Positions 37,341-49,157 of a DNA stretch of 64,000 bases are shown one piece after another. This stretch comes from Camelus ferus. Lineage: Eukaryota. How positions within the stretch are numbered: position 1 is the stretch's first letter; each line of letters starts with the position of its first letter. Below the pieces are notes generated by a model that searched no databases, had not been told where the DNA came from, and saw nothing but the letters and a program-made list of their open reading frames with translations. The stretch lies in contig NC_045713.1 in the NCBI RefSeq assembly GCF_009834535.1, positions 2,790,001 through 2,854,000 on the forward strand, written 5' to 3'. The position numbers and the translations under genes were made by a program.

Positions 37341-37979
37341 GCATGGTGAATGAATTTATGGACTTTGGAGTCAGAAAGAACAGGGTTTGAACCCGACACA
37401 CTTAGTAAACAAGAGAAATCAACTAGTGTAAGGAACAGGAACACGTTTCCTCTTTCCTGGTTTAACTAAGTGAACAAAAGATGTTTGGAAGCATGGTGGC
37501 TCCAAAGTGCCTGTTTCACAAAGATTTTATAGATTATAGCCAACCAGCTCTATTTAATAAAAGAGTCCGCTGTCCTTCCAGGGCCATGCCATGTTCCGTG
37601 AAACTGACTTGCGTGATTTCTGTTTCTGTCTTTCTCAACTCCTGTGATTTTATCACGGCTTATGAATTAGTTCCTTCCTTTTACGTCTCACCAGAGCTGC
37701 ATATGTCTACCCAGTACTCTTAGAACAACAGCTGGATTCAGACACAACCTCTCTGATTATTTTGACACATCTGACAGATTCTAAACTTAGAAACAGCCCA
37801 AGGGCTGACCCAAAAACGTCTGGGATCCTGGCACTGGGTGCTTTGATTGGTAGGGATTCCAGAGTCCATTTTCTGTGTCCTGTCAAAGCCCCCACATGTA
37901 GTGGTAAACTGGGTTAATGAACAGATCTTTAACTTGCTCTGATTGCAATAATAGAAAACAACTTGAGTGAACTTACGTA

Positions 37980-38016
37980 GATGATGATGATGGTGGTGGT
38001 GGTGGTGGTGGTGGTG
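37980..38016. repeat. Compound (GAT)n(GGT)n microsatellite
   Basis: gatgatgatgatggtggtggtggtggtggtggtggtg. Confidence 0.95.
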
Positions 38017-38161
38017 TTAATGATACTGAGGCATTTCAGAGGTTCCAGTGAAAATCTGGCAGGGGTGAGAGTGCCATCGGGCAGGGCCAGACCCCTCTGA
38101 CAGCCTCTCCCCTTCCTTCCTCAAGGATATCAGGAGAGGCAAACAGAATTGATCCAAAGTA

Positions 38162-38774
38162 CAGTCACTTCTCGTGAGTCACTGCAATCATGTTCTACAA
38201 AGTCACCGCAAACCCTGAATTAGCGAATACTGAACCATTGCTCCTAGGGGAAACACATTTTCATCAGCCAGTCAATGCACTGATTTTATCTGTCCTTCTC
38301 CTTAAAGACACCTCATTTAATAGATGTTGTCGATTCATTAACATTGAATTCACAGTGAACAAAAGCACTGTAACTCTGCCGAACAAAGCTTATCTAACAC
38401 ATGCGTTCTCTCCACAAGGCACATCCCAGCCTTCTTGCACTCAGGAACAGTGGACACCTCTCTAGCACAATGCTTGGGGGGGCCATCTGAAATGGCAAAA
38501 TCATCAACCAAAAGCACAAAAATGCAAACAACATAGGACTAAATAGACCATGAAAAGAACCCTTGCTGACAGTCTGAGCTGCAACAAAGAGTGTCACCTT
38601 GTTCGACCTCTGCTGCAAACGTGTGTGTTGGGCAACTCAAATGTTTCTCAGGTCTAAGCACATCCGTCCACAAATGCCTGCGAACGAGCATGTAGTGATT
38701 TGATGATCAAAGATAAATCTTAGCAAGTCAGCCAATTCACAAGTTTGGAACTGACGAGTCATGAAGCTCCACTG
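38162..38774 (+). mobile_element. MER82-like TcMar-Tigger element, copy 2
   Basis: TA|CAGTC...ACTG|TA ends (TA at 38160-38161 and 38775-38776); ctgaattagcgaatactgaaccattgctcctaggggaaa; small internal deletion relative to copy 1. Confidence 0.88.
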
Positions 38775-40504
38775 TAGCTTCCCCACTAGCTGTGCAGCCT
38801 TGAGCAGAACATGCACTCACCCCCACTTCCTCATCTGTAAAATGGGCCTAACATCACCTTCTCCCGAGGTTGGAAGGGGCTGCGAGGGGGATGATACAGG
38901 GAAGCAGGCCCTGGAAGCTTTGTGAAACAGGCTCAGACAGCTTTTACTCCCTTCTCTCTCTACCCAGGGACCCACGTGGACTATCTCCAATCCCCACACC
39001 GATGAGAAGTCTCAGCGAGGCTAAGTGCGTGCTCCAGGCCATACAGTCTAACAGCATCTGACCCAAGAGGTTCCCAAAGGAAGAAGGCCCCTTCTAATTC
39101 CTCCAACCCACTGCTAAGATAGCTGCAGTGTGAATGGACTTGGTTGTCCGTATCCTTTTTCTTCTCTTCTCCTCCTCAATTCCTCTTCTCTTAGCCCAGG
39201 GAGATTGGCTACAGGGAGGAGAAAATGTGCCGATTAGTCTAGGCTGGGCAAATACCATCACACAGCAAGCCTGCCTGTGGGGAGTTCACAGAGTCAAGTG
39301 CGGGCATTGGATCCCCACACATCACAGCACTGAACTCATCTTCATCTTTTAGCTTTTTCAAGGCCATTCATTCACCAAATAGACAAATACCTGCATTTTT
39401 GTAGATAAAAATGAATGCAGAAGGAGCCATTTCCAAAGATAGATGACTGTCCTTTTTCCTTCAGCAAAGTTTAAAAAGGTAAAAATTATCATATTATGGG
39501 CATGGTGGTCATGGAGAGAAAATGAGGCCACTGCTCAACGGGGGAAATTGCTCTCCTTGCTTGGGAATGTTTTAGCATTAAATTAACTCTCCTATCTCCT
39601 GCCTGCTAATAGGAAAGCTTTCACCTCTCTGTTTGGCAGGGGATCTACATTTGCATTTAGATGGAGCTGTTGTAAAGATGGCCCCGCACAGGGGCCTCCA
39701 TCCCTTATTTACAATAGCAGCCGAGTGATAAAATGATTATCACATAAGTGGTTGTTTCACTGGTTTTGATAGAGCTGGAACCAGAATGGGAAAGGCTGTC
39801 ATCTGAATTAGTCAATGAAAGGAGAGGATAGTTTTTCAACGTGGTGAGAGCTCTGTGGCTTCCTTGACAACCCTGAGGCCTGCGGGCTCCCTCCTGTCTG
39901 CAGAGCAAGGCAGCCGGGACACTGGATGCTGGTAAAAAGGCAGCAGGGGCTGCTGCTACAGCTGCTCCCACTGCTTCATGGACAGATTCCACACTACAGT
40001 TTGCAGATCCCTTCACACCTCATCAGAGGAAGGCAGTGCAAGAACAAGGACTGTTGTCCCCATTTTTCAGATAAGGAAACTGAGGTTGGAAACTAGGGTG
40101 CAAGGATTCTCCCTAGAAAATAACAGAATTTGAAATTGATCCTAATCCCAACACAATGCACTGCCTACACCAACGGGCCTCCTGAATCATCCATCCATCC
40201 ATCCTCCCAATGTCTTGAGGACCTAAATGGAAGGTACATGGAAGTGGGAATCCAGAGAACTAAAAGCCATTCTGATTTCTGCAGCCAACTATGTGACCTT
40301 GGGCAGCTCCTCCCACACCCACACCTTTTTTAGCCTCAAGGTTTTTATCTGTAAAAGTTAAGGACTTGAACAAAGGCATCACTAAGAAAATCTTGCATTT
40401 CTTGTCTAAGTGTTCCAACTTGTTCCAACATATAAGCCTGTCCCATGGACTGTCTAAGAAAATGTCCAACTGCCAAGGAAATCAGTCTGCTTCCAGTTCT
40501 AGCG

Positions 40505-40685
40505 CAGTGTTTCTCAGACTTAAGCTCCCTTCAGAATCACCTGGAAGACTGGTTACAATACAGTGTGTGGGACCCGGAGATTCTGATTCAGTAGGTCCAG
40601 GATGGAGCCCATGAAATTGCATTTCTAACAAGTTCTGGGAGATGCTGATGCTGCTGGTCCAGAGATGACACCTTGAGAAACACTG
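40505..40685. mobile_element. MER5A-like hAT-Charlie MITE, full length
   Basis: Perfect 12-bp TIRs CAGTGTTTCTCA / TGAGAAACACTG; flanks ttctagcg / gtctagaa share the TCTAG target core. Confidence 0.92.
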
Positions 40686-41677
40686 GTCTAGAAATAAGAA
40701 AGTTCACACCATTTCAGGAAGGACTCTGACCCCTTGCTTTTTGTGCCATAACTAGGGCTTTGTCCATTCCTACTGTTTTCGAGGACCTACGATGACATCA
40801 AATGGCACAAAGCCAACCAATGATTTGTCTCACCATCCATATGCCCTTATCAACTAGGGAAATTGTGACCACAGTAACTGTCCAAACCAACGTATGGGTC
40901 ATGTGTGAAGAAGTGATCTTGAAATGGGCCAACAGAAAAATTCTTACTTTGCAGAAATTATAAACCCAAGTCAAGCAAGGTCTTTGGAAAGCTGGTCAAC
41001 TTGTATGCATTGTTTGTATGTCCTATAATCAACAGAAGTATAACTGCCCTTTACTGAGTGACAGATTCAAAGACAGACAGATTTGGACCCAGATCAACCA
41101 AATGGATCCAGAGGAGGAGCACCCAAGAAGACTCGGGGTGACCAGATAAAGGGAGCCCTGCCCTCACAGCAGGCACTGTGCTGTCCCTCTAGACCCAGGA
41201 AACGGCTGTGCTAACTGGTTTCTGTCTCACTGCTTACAAGCTGGAATCCACTCACATATACCAGCCGGGGAGGGAGTTATTGGAAAAACAAGCTCTTCAT
41301 CTCTGTGGCTGGGCATCAGGAACTCCCAACAGATTAGGACAATGAGATGGCCTCAAAGGCTTCCTACAGGAGTTAAATTTCCTGGAACTGAGCACCCTAG
41401 TGTTTAAGGCAACTTATTGCTCCAAAAAGAATGTCCTATCATATTTTAGATAACAAAGTTATCCTTAATAATAAAAAAAATTGTTTTAAAAAATCCGGAA
41501 GACCCAGTTTGTATGGGCAGATAGTGTTCTATCCATGAACCCCATGAAAACAAAAGACAAGAGGAATAAGGTGGACAGCAGTGGTATCAGCTCTCTCAGA
41601 AGCTAGCTTTTCCCAGTCTGGGGCAGACACTGCTTACATGTGAGCAGTTAAGTAGGCAAAACTTTCTATCATCCATA

Positions 41678-41733
41678 CAAAACAAAACAAAACAAAACAA
41701 AACAAAACAAAACAAAACAAAAAAAAAAAAAAA
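41678..41733. repeat. (CAAAA)n microsatellite merging into poly(A)
   Basis: Repeated caaaa units followed by an A run. Confidence 0.95.
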
Positions 41734-43697
41734 GAGAGAGGAAAGCTCAGAATGTCAAAAACAGGTTCTCCCCAATCTATATTCTTTGGTCTCAGAATGG
41801 CATGCACCCTTTGCCTGCCCCTCCACCAACAACCATACTCACCCACCCACACACACAATTCTCAAACTGGATCTTGATCTCCCCCCCAGTGCTACCCCTT
41901 GGGCAAGTACAAAAACTAGGTGAACAAGGGCTGATGAAAGAGGGGAAGGGGAGAGGAATGAACTCATTATGACTGTGTCCTTACAGGCTAAGCATCTGAC
42001 ATATGTTTCTTATAGTCCTTACTCTGGATCTGTTCTGTGTCATCACGTTAGCTAAGATGAAATTATGTTTCCCAGAATTCCCTTCCCTGCACAGCTCTGG
42101 GTTAGCAGGGACCACAGCAGACACTTCAACTGAGATCAGGGAGTAGACCTGAAACAGCAGCCATATTCCTTATTTGCTTGCAAGGTCAATGCTGGGTACC
42201 AGGCAGTGTTTCAGCTCAGGTACACCATCACTCATCTCTGGATGGTAAGGTCACTCGCCAGACACCCAACTAATAAATGGTGGAGCTGGAATCCCAACCT
42301 TCAGGGTCTGATCAACCAGGTAGTCCAACTTCATCTGGGAAGGAGGGTGGAAGGGGAGGGAAGAAGCCTTCTGGATGCACCATCTTTAACCTGAGAAAAG
42401 ACAGAAGTTTCCTCTGTTTTGTCTTCTTTTGAATAAAATAGACACAGATGTAACATGTAAGAGAACTTTAACTCATCATCTCCTCTAGTTGAGATCTCAG
42501 AATTCATTAAAGCATCCTTCCTTGACAGCACTCAGAAAACGGGGTCGGCAGAGATGCCTGAGTAATTGAATGAGACGCAATGGCTGTGCCAGACACTGGG
42601 GGAGGGAGGGTTAAAAGATTGCCACCTGCTACTGTTGTGCCACCTCTGGCCCCCACTGTGGGGTAATGACCCCTGAATGAGAAGGCGGAAGGCTGGACAG
42701 AGTGTGGAGGGGAAATGTAGATGAAAAGAAATCAGAAGACTTTTTCTTTCATGTTTCAAGTGCCAAATTATGCTTGACATCTGAATTTTCCCCAAGGCTC
42801 ACTTCCATAAAATCATGCCAAATTACCATGAAAGGGTTGGAGCTTCCCGGAGAGACTTTTGACTGTAATCAAACAGGTTTCCTCCATTGTTCCAGACACT
42901 CTGAAAGGAGGAGAAAGGGGTGGATGGGCAGGCAAGGGAGGGCTGACTGAGGAACAATATGGTGAGTGCAATTCTGGTCAGAGACCCACCACCATGAGAC
43001 TGGGCATTGAAATAGCTCTCAAAGTGCAGACATCCCAGTAAACTGGGAGAGTATGAGGAGGCCAAAACATTCTAAGGCAAAGGGACATGTAACAATACCC
43101 ATATTTGCTAACATTAATCGAAGTTTACTGCAAGGCAGGTGCTGTGCTGCGATACCTACTCACTTGAAACTCATGACAGCCAGGCACTGTGATGATACAG
43201 TCTTCAGACATGAAAGCTGAGACTAGAAAAGGTGAGGGTTCCACTCCCAGTGAACTTAAGCATTATTTTTTCCAGCCTGTGATTACTTAGGTCTTCCTGC
43301 CTTGGACTCAGTGCTGACCCAAATCAATCTTACCTATCCACACTGCCCCTTTGAACACCCAACTTTGAACTTCTACCTTGTTGGGCCAAGTCTTACACCT
43401 GGACCAGTTTATTTATTTTGGGGCCCACCTGTTCTTGGCATCTTCCTCTGCCTTGGGACTCAAAAGTCCTCATTTTAATTATATTACCCTCTCTCTCTGC
43501 AGGACGCACTGAGGCAATCTGCAAATGCCTAGTGACATCACTCAGCTTGGTGCTTTACAGAGAGTAGGTTTTCAATGAATATTTGATTTGAAACATTAAG
43601 AGTTTTAGTTCACAATGATGAATTACGATTATGAGCTAGAGATTTGCACTACTAACATCCCTTGTCTAAGATACGGTGGAAATGTAAATCAAGGTGT

Positions 43698-44122
43698 TGT
43701 AGGTTGGCTTCCCCCAGGAAGCAGATTCTAGAATGGAAAGGAAGTTTATTAGAAAGCTCTCTTGGGATCAGTACCTATGAAAGGGAAGGGGAGAAAGTGG
43801 GCCTGGGCAGAGGGAGAAGCTGAGTTATAGTGCAAGGATCTCAAGGAAGATCTCAGCAAACTTCGTGGGAAGCTCCAAGGCTGGGCTGGCAACTCAGAGC
43901 TGTCCAGGCTGAACCTTTAACCCTTGCACCAGCCAGTCTTTGGATGGAGGTTTCCCTAGAAAATGTGTGTGATCTTGGATAAGGCAGCTTTCTTCAGCTG
44001 AGGCACCTTCCAGAGAGAACTGAAAGCTGAGGGCTGTCTCCCAGCAATACTTCTAACAGCAGAAGAATAAATCCTTTATTTCTCCGGGGGGTCCTGAGCA
44101 GCACATCCCACTGTCCAGCACA
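43698..44122 (-). mobile_element. ERVL-class solo LTR (LTR33/LTR16C-like)
   Basis: tgtaggttggcttcccccaggaagcagattc...aagtttattagaaagctctcttgggatcagtacct...gggcagagggagaagctgag...ctgtccagcaca. Confidence 0.8.
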
Positions 44123-47100
44123 GGGGCAAATAATACCACCCCCTCCTCCAAAGAGCCAACTCGGCCAAGTCAACCTGGTGCTGCATGGAAGTGAATAACA
44201 GACATCCAAGCTCTTACCCTCGCATCCAAAACAGTTATTCATCATTGTTACTTTCTTCCTATCCCTTCCCTTCTCCCAGTGTCCCTGATCCATGACTTTG
44301 AAAGTCACAGTCTCATCTCCTTTTTAGTTGAATGCTTATATCCATCCAAACGGTGCAATACCACTTTCCCCTTCTAAGATGAGCAGACAGCAGGTTAGTG
44401 GCTAAAGCAGAAAAGGGTGTCAGGACATGGGATACTAGGACATGGCATGATGGAAACCAGGGCAACCGGAGATCAGGCCAGAGAAGCAGGAGTAGGCCTG
44501 GTGCACCAGATGGCAACACTGGGAGGAACAGCCAGAATCCAAAGATGGGAGGCTGATGGGTGGCCAAGAGCTGGAAGGGGAGGAAGAGAGCAGAGTAGGA
44601 CATTCATGGGTTGACCTTAAGACAGCAGGTGAGACAGCTGCAGCGGGATCATGGAGCCATCAGTGGAAGACCTGATTCAGTTCTGCCCAAGGGTAGTACC
44701 TTCTGTCTGGGGGCCCATTCAACTTCTTTCTAAACCCATCATTTTAAAAAGTGAAAGCGAACTATGTTTACTAAATTCTAATTTCCCTAAACTGAAATGT
44801 CAAGTCAGGAATCAGTGAGGATCTTAAAGACATCATAGACAGTTGGGCCTGGACAGGAGTCCCGAGAAGAGTTGACGAGGAGGGTGGGAGGCCCTTCCTG
44901 GGAAGTCCTGGAGCTCCATCCAGTTCCTCCTTGTGTGGCAGGCTGCTCTGGAACTTGCTCTCCCTCTGTGTTCATCCAGAGATCTCCCAGGCCTCATCAA
45001 TGGGCCTCTAACTTTGCCAACTCATAATGGAGCACAGGCCTGTGAGGCCAATTCTGGTGAAACACATTCAGATGCTCAGGGGAAGTGTATCTGGGCCTCA
45101 AGGAAACATAGCAAGTTTTCCTTTGTGTTTGAGCTTAAATGTTCATATATTAAATGTCTTATGAAGACATAAACATAGCTTAAATTAAAACACTGGAGAT
45201 GGCTTTGCTCTGGCCTGTCATTAGAAAAAAAAATGGCAGCAATGACGATATGCCATTCAGATCTCCTTTCAAGAAAGAACTTGCCATTCTGCTATAAGGA
45301 GTGAGATCAGATGGCAGCCTTCAACTGCAATCTTCAGGCTGAGGTCAGAGTCTCTGAAGAGTGTCTCCAGACGATGACTAAGCTTGGATGGGGCACCAGG
45401 GCCTGGCCAGTTCTGTCCCAGCATGGGACTCCTTTAAGGGAAATCCCTGTGCTGGAGCTCCTCATTCAGCTGGCTAAGACTATCTAGGAGCTGCACCACT
45501 GTCTCAAGCTCTGCCCACCCCATCCCCCTTTCTCTCTTCTCCTGTCACAGCATCAGGCCCACACAATGGTCCGACAGCTTTCCCTGCCCACACCATAAAA
45601 GTCTGCAGACCCTACAGGCTCCTCCCATTCCCCTCTCACAGGTGAGGCTCACGGACTTCTAACTACATCTTGGCGTTCCCTTCCTGGAGGGCCTGCACTG
45701 GTACACTGTCATTCCACAGATCCGCATACTGGGATTCAGAGAGCCTAAATACCATGCCTTAGTTTTCAGTCCAAGACGACATAGAACAGACAGAATTTAC
45801 GCCTTGAGAGATGAACATCACAGTCCAGTGCGTGACAGCTCCATCCCTGTGGGTGAAGGAACTGTCCAAGATGGACCAAGAGGTCCACGGGCCGGGGTCG
45901 CTCTCACTTTGGGCTGCCTGTACCAGTTTTCCACCTCCTGATATCTCAGAGGCAAACTGGACAGATGGGACCCGAGGAAAGCCAATTTCCCTCTGTGCCT
46001 TAGTCCCTTCCAGTTAGAGCAGCAGGGCTGAAAAGCACAATATGGATGACTATTGCCCAGCTGGAATTTCTTGCTCATTTTCCAGGTTTGTGGGAATTTC
46101 AGAATGGTGCATCATTTACAGGCTCACAAACCACCCAGAGCAGAAAACAGAGAGTGGCATTTAAATACCTCCCACTGTATCTTCAAGGTTTCCCAACATT
46201 TCAGAGTATCTGGTGCTCTTTTTATAATAATAAAAAAAAAAATCCAAAGAGGCTTCTCCTCCAAAATGGTAACCATTATACCTTTTATTCATTGTTGGAG
46301 GAAATGGGTAACAATTAGTATGACAGGATACTATGCATGAGCAATTCTTTAAAGTGAAATCTGTATTTTCTTAATCTCAATAGTTACAAAGATTAGAAAA
46401 TTGGTAATACATAGATGGGCAAGCTGTCTTACCTATTTGGTCGTAAGACAAGGCTTTTCTGAATATAATTTTCACATATATGGTGTTACTACCGGATCCT
46501 GACAACAAGGTAGATGATCCCCATTTTATAGAAGGAAAAACTGAGAGAGAGAGAGAAAGCAAGTGAGTTGATAAACTTGCTAGAACTTTGGTGATATCCA
46601 AAGTGTTCCAAGTTCTTTCCACTCTGCCTGAGGGGCACTAAGTCAGGTGTGTCTGCCTCGTTTCTGGTCTCATACATAGAAGAAAATGGAATCCCAGCTG
46701 GCTGAAACCATATTGCCTGAGTTTTGAACAGAAAACGGGCAATTTTCTAAAGAGAAAGTATTCCCAGGTCTCCTTAGTCAGCCTCTCCCACCACTCACGC
46801 AGAGGTGTCCACCCACCGCTGGTCTGGCTGCCCTCCCTGTCTGTACCCCTGTACAGCTCAGAACCCTGTCCCTCTGCCCCAGTGTGAACAACCTGGGGAC
46901 AGCGATGGTGGCCTGCATCTCTTCACATCCTAAGTGTCCAGCACAGAGTAGGAGCTCAATAAATGCTACTTGACTGTGGAATAAGTGAGTCTCAGAGGCC
47001 AAATAAGTATAGTCTTTCCACGGAATGGGACAAACACACAGAGTAAATCCAAGTCATGAATAAGCGTGCTGAGACTCCTGCACTTTGCCCAGACAGAAAC

Positions 47101-48004
47101 CAGGAAACCAAGGGACAGAGCATGGATCTGTCAGTCAGCGACAGCCCATCAGTTGACCGTAAGATCATGAGAATCTCATGGTTATCAAAAACCCAGTGGG
47201 TGTTATTCTGAATATACCAGCAACATCGATTTTTCAAAAAATGATTTGCAGACTCACTACAATCCCGAGCTACGTGCACCAAATAGCAAACAATAAATCA
47301 CAAAATGAGGGGGAAAATCAGACAAATGGGTGTTTTGGGTACCACAGAGAAAAAATAATTTTATCCAGCCATAGCCATCTGTGGATCAAGACACAACAAA
47401 CCGTTCTGTGCTTTCATTCTGAGCAGAGAGCACTGATTAATTGCCAGGTTCTCAAACTCTTTAAAGTCTGTTTTTAAACTCAAAGGTCTGACACTGCAAA
47501 GCATACATGTTGTGGGTTTCCATACTGTGGAAATTCCAGGCATGTCAGCAATTCCCCACAAAAGGAAGAATTGAAGGGATGTCTTTCCACATTCACATGC
47601 TTGCCTTGGCATCTACCTTCTTCTGGAAACCTTGGGGGAGGTGATGAGACACTGTGTCCTGTTTTGGAACTCACAGCACAAGGTCCCCAGCCTGGACCCA
47701 GGGGAAACATGGCAGTCTGGTTCACTCTCTCCATTGGCCTCTTGTCCACTGGGACCTGAGCACTGGGTAGGGACAGAGCCAAGGTTCTCTCATGGAAAGC
47801 TGTCAAGGGGGAAGGTGCTCTCTTGGGGAAGATCAAAGAGATCTTCCTGGGGATTACAATGAAAAGGCTTTATCCAGGGTGGAACTACTTCCCTTTGGTC
47901 ATAAAGCTTCTGTGTGTACTGTCTAAGGGATACACAAACCCAAGTGACTAACTCTGTAGAAATATGGAAGCTGGTTATTTTGATAATGAAAATAGCTGAC
48001 ATGG

Positions 48005-48618
48005 TCANNNNNNNNNNNNNNNNNNNNNNNNNNNNNNNNNNNNNNNNNNNNNNNNNNNNNNNNNNNNNNNNNNNNNNNNNNNNNNNNNNNNNNNNNNNNN
48101 NNNNNNNNNNNNNNNNNNNNNNNNNNNNNNNNNNNNNNNNNNNNNNNNNNNNNNNNNNNNNNNNNNNNNNNNNNNNNNNNNNNNTGGGTGGACCTAGAGA
48201 TTACCATATTAAGTGAAGTAAGTCAGACAGAGAAAGACAAATATGATATGATATCACTTACATGTGGAATCTTAAAAAAAATGATACAAATTCTATTTAC
48301 AAACCAAAAACAGACTCACAGGCATAGAAAACAAGCCACGGCTACTAAAGGGGAAGGGGTGGGGGGAGATAAATTAGGAATTGGGGATTAACAGACATAC
48401 ATTACTATATATTAAATAGATAAACAACAAGGTGCCTACTGTATAGCACAGGGAATTGTATTCAGTTTCTTGTAATAACATACAATGGAAAAGAATCTGA
48501 AAAGAAAATATGTATATGTATGTGTATGTGTAACTGAATCACTTTGCTGTACACCTGAAACTAACATTGTAAATCAACTACATTTCAACAGAAAATCTAA
48601 AATTAAGAAAAAAAAAGG
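48005..48618 (+). mobile_element. 5'-truncated L1 3' end containing a 177-N gap (48008-48184)
   Basis: ggacctagagattaccatattaagtgaagtaagtcagacagagaaagacaaat...ctactgtatagcacagggaa...gctgtacacctgaaactaac; 12-bp TSD TAGCTGACATGG at 47993-48004 and 48619-48630. Confidence 0.9.
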
Positions 48619-49014
48619 TAGCTGACATGGACTGAGCACTTACCAACTGCTGACTTCCTTCCAGCTCACACAGCCTGCAGCCAGCCCAGACAACAGAGCC
48701 CAGACCAAGAGTACAGCAGCAGGGCCTATTAATGTGTGGGAACAAGGCGAGGAAGCAGCAGCAGGAGGGATGAGCAGCAGCAGGAGGCCACTAGCCTCTC
48801 TGCTTCTTTCCAGTCAACGCTCCAGCCACACTCAGAGCCACTCAGACCAACTGGGATCTTTCCAGAGGTGACCTTTGTGCTGCTCACTGTTCACTACCTC
48901 GAATGCCCTGCTCTCCCCACTCTGTCCTCTGTCTGAGAGACCCCATCCTCTGCTGCCTCAATTTATTCTTTCTCTGTGCTTCCAAAGCCCTCAGAGAAGC
49001 AAAACATGTTGTAT

Positions 49015-49157
49015 GGGGGGAGGGTATAGATCAGATGGTAGAGCGCATCTTAGCATACACAAGGTCCTGGGTTCAATTCCCAGTACCCCCTCCAAAAATA
49101 AATAAATAACTAAACCTAACTACCTCTCCCCCCGCCAAAGCAAATAAACAAAAAAAG
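49015..49157 (+). mobile_element. Camelid tRNA-derived SINE (Vic-1-like)
   Basis: ggggggagggtatagatcagatggtagagcgc...aggtcctgggttcaattcccagtacc...aaataaataactaaacctaactacctc; Pol III A-box ~49027-49039 and B-box GGTTCAATTCC 49070-49080. Confidence 0.88.

Noticed and set aside
47914-48391. ORFs spanning or next to the third N gap
   Set aside because: Artefacts of N translation and the L1 ORF2 tail (MDLEITILSEVSQTEK)
49021-49090. Possible tRNA gene
   Set aside because: A and B boxes are present, but the sequence continues into the SINE body and A-rich tail and the cloverleaf is degraded; it is a SINE head
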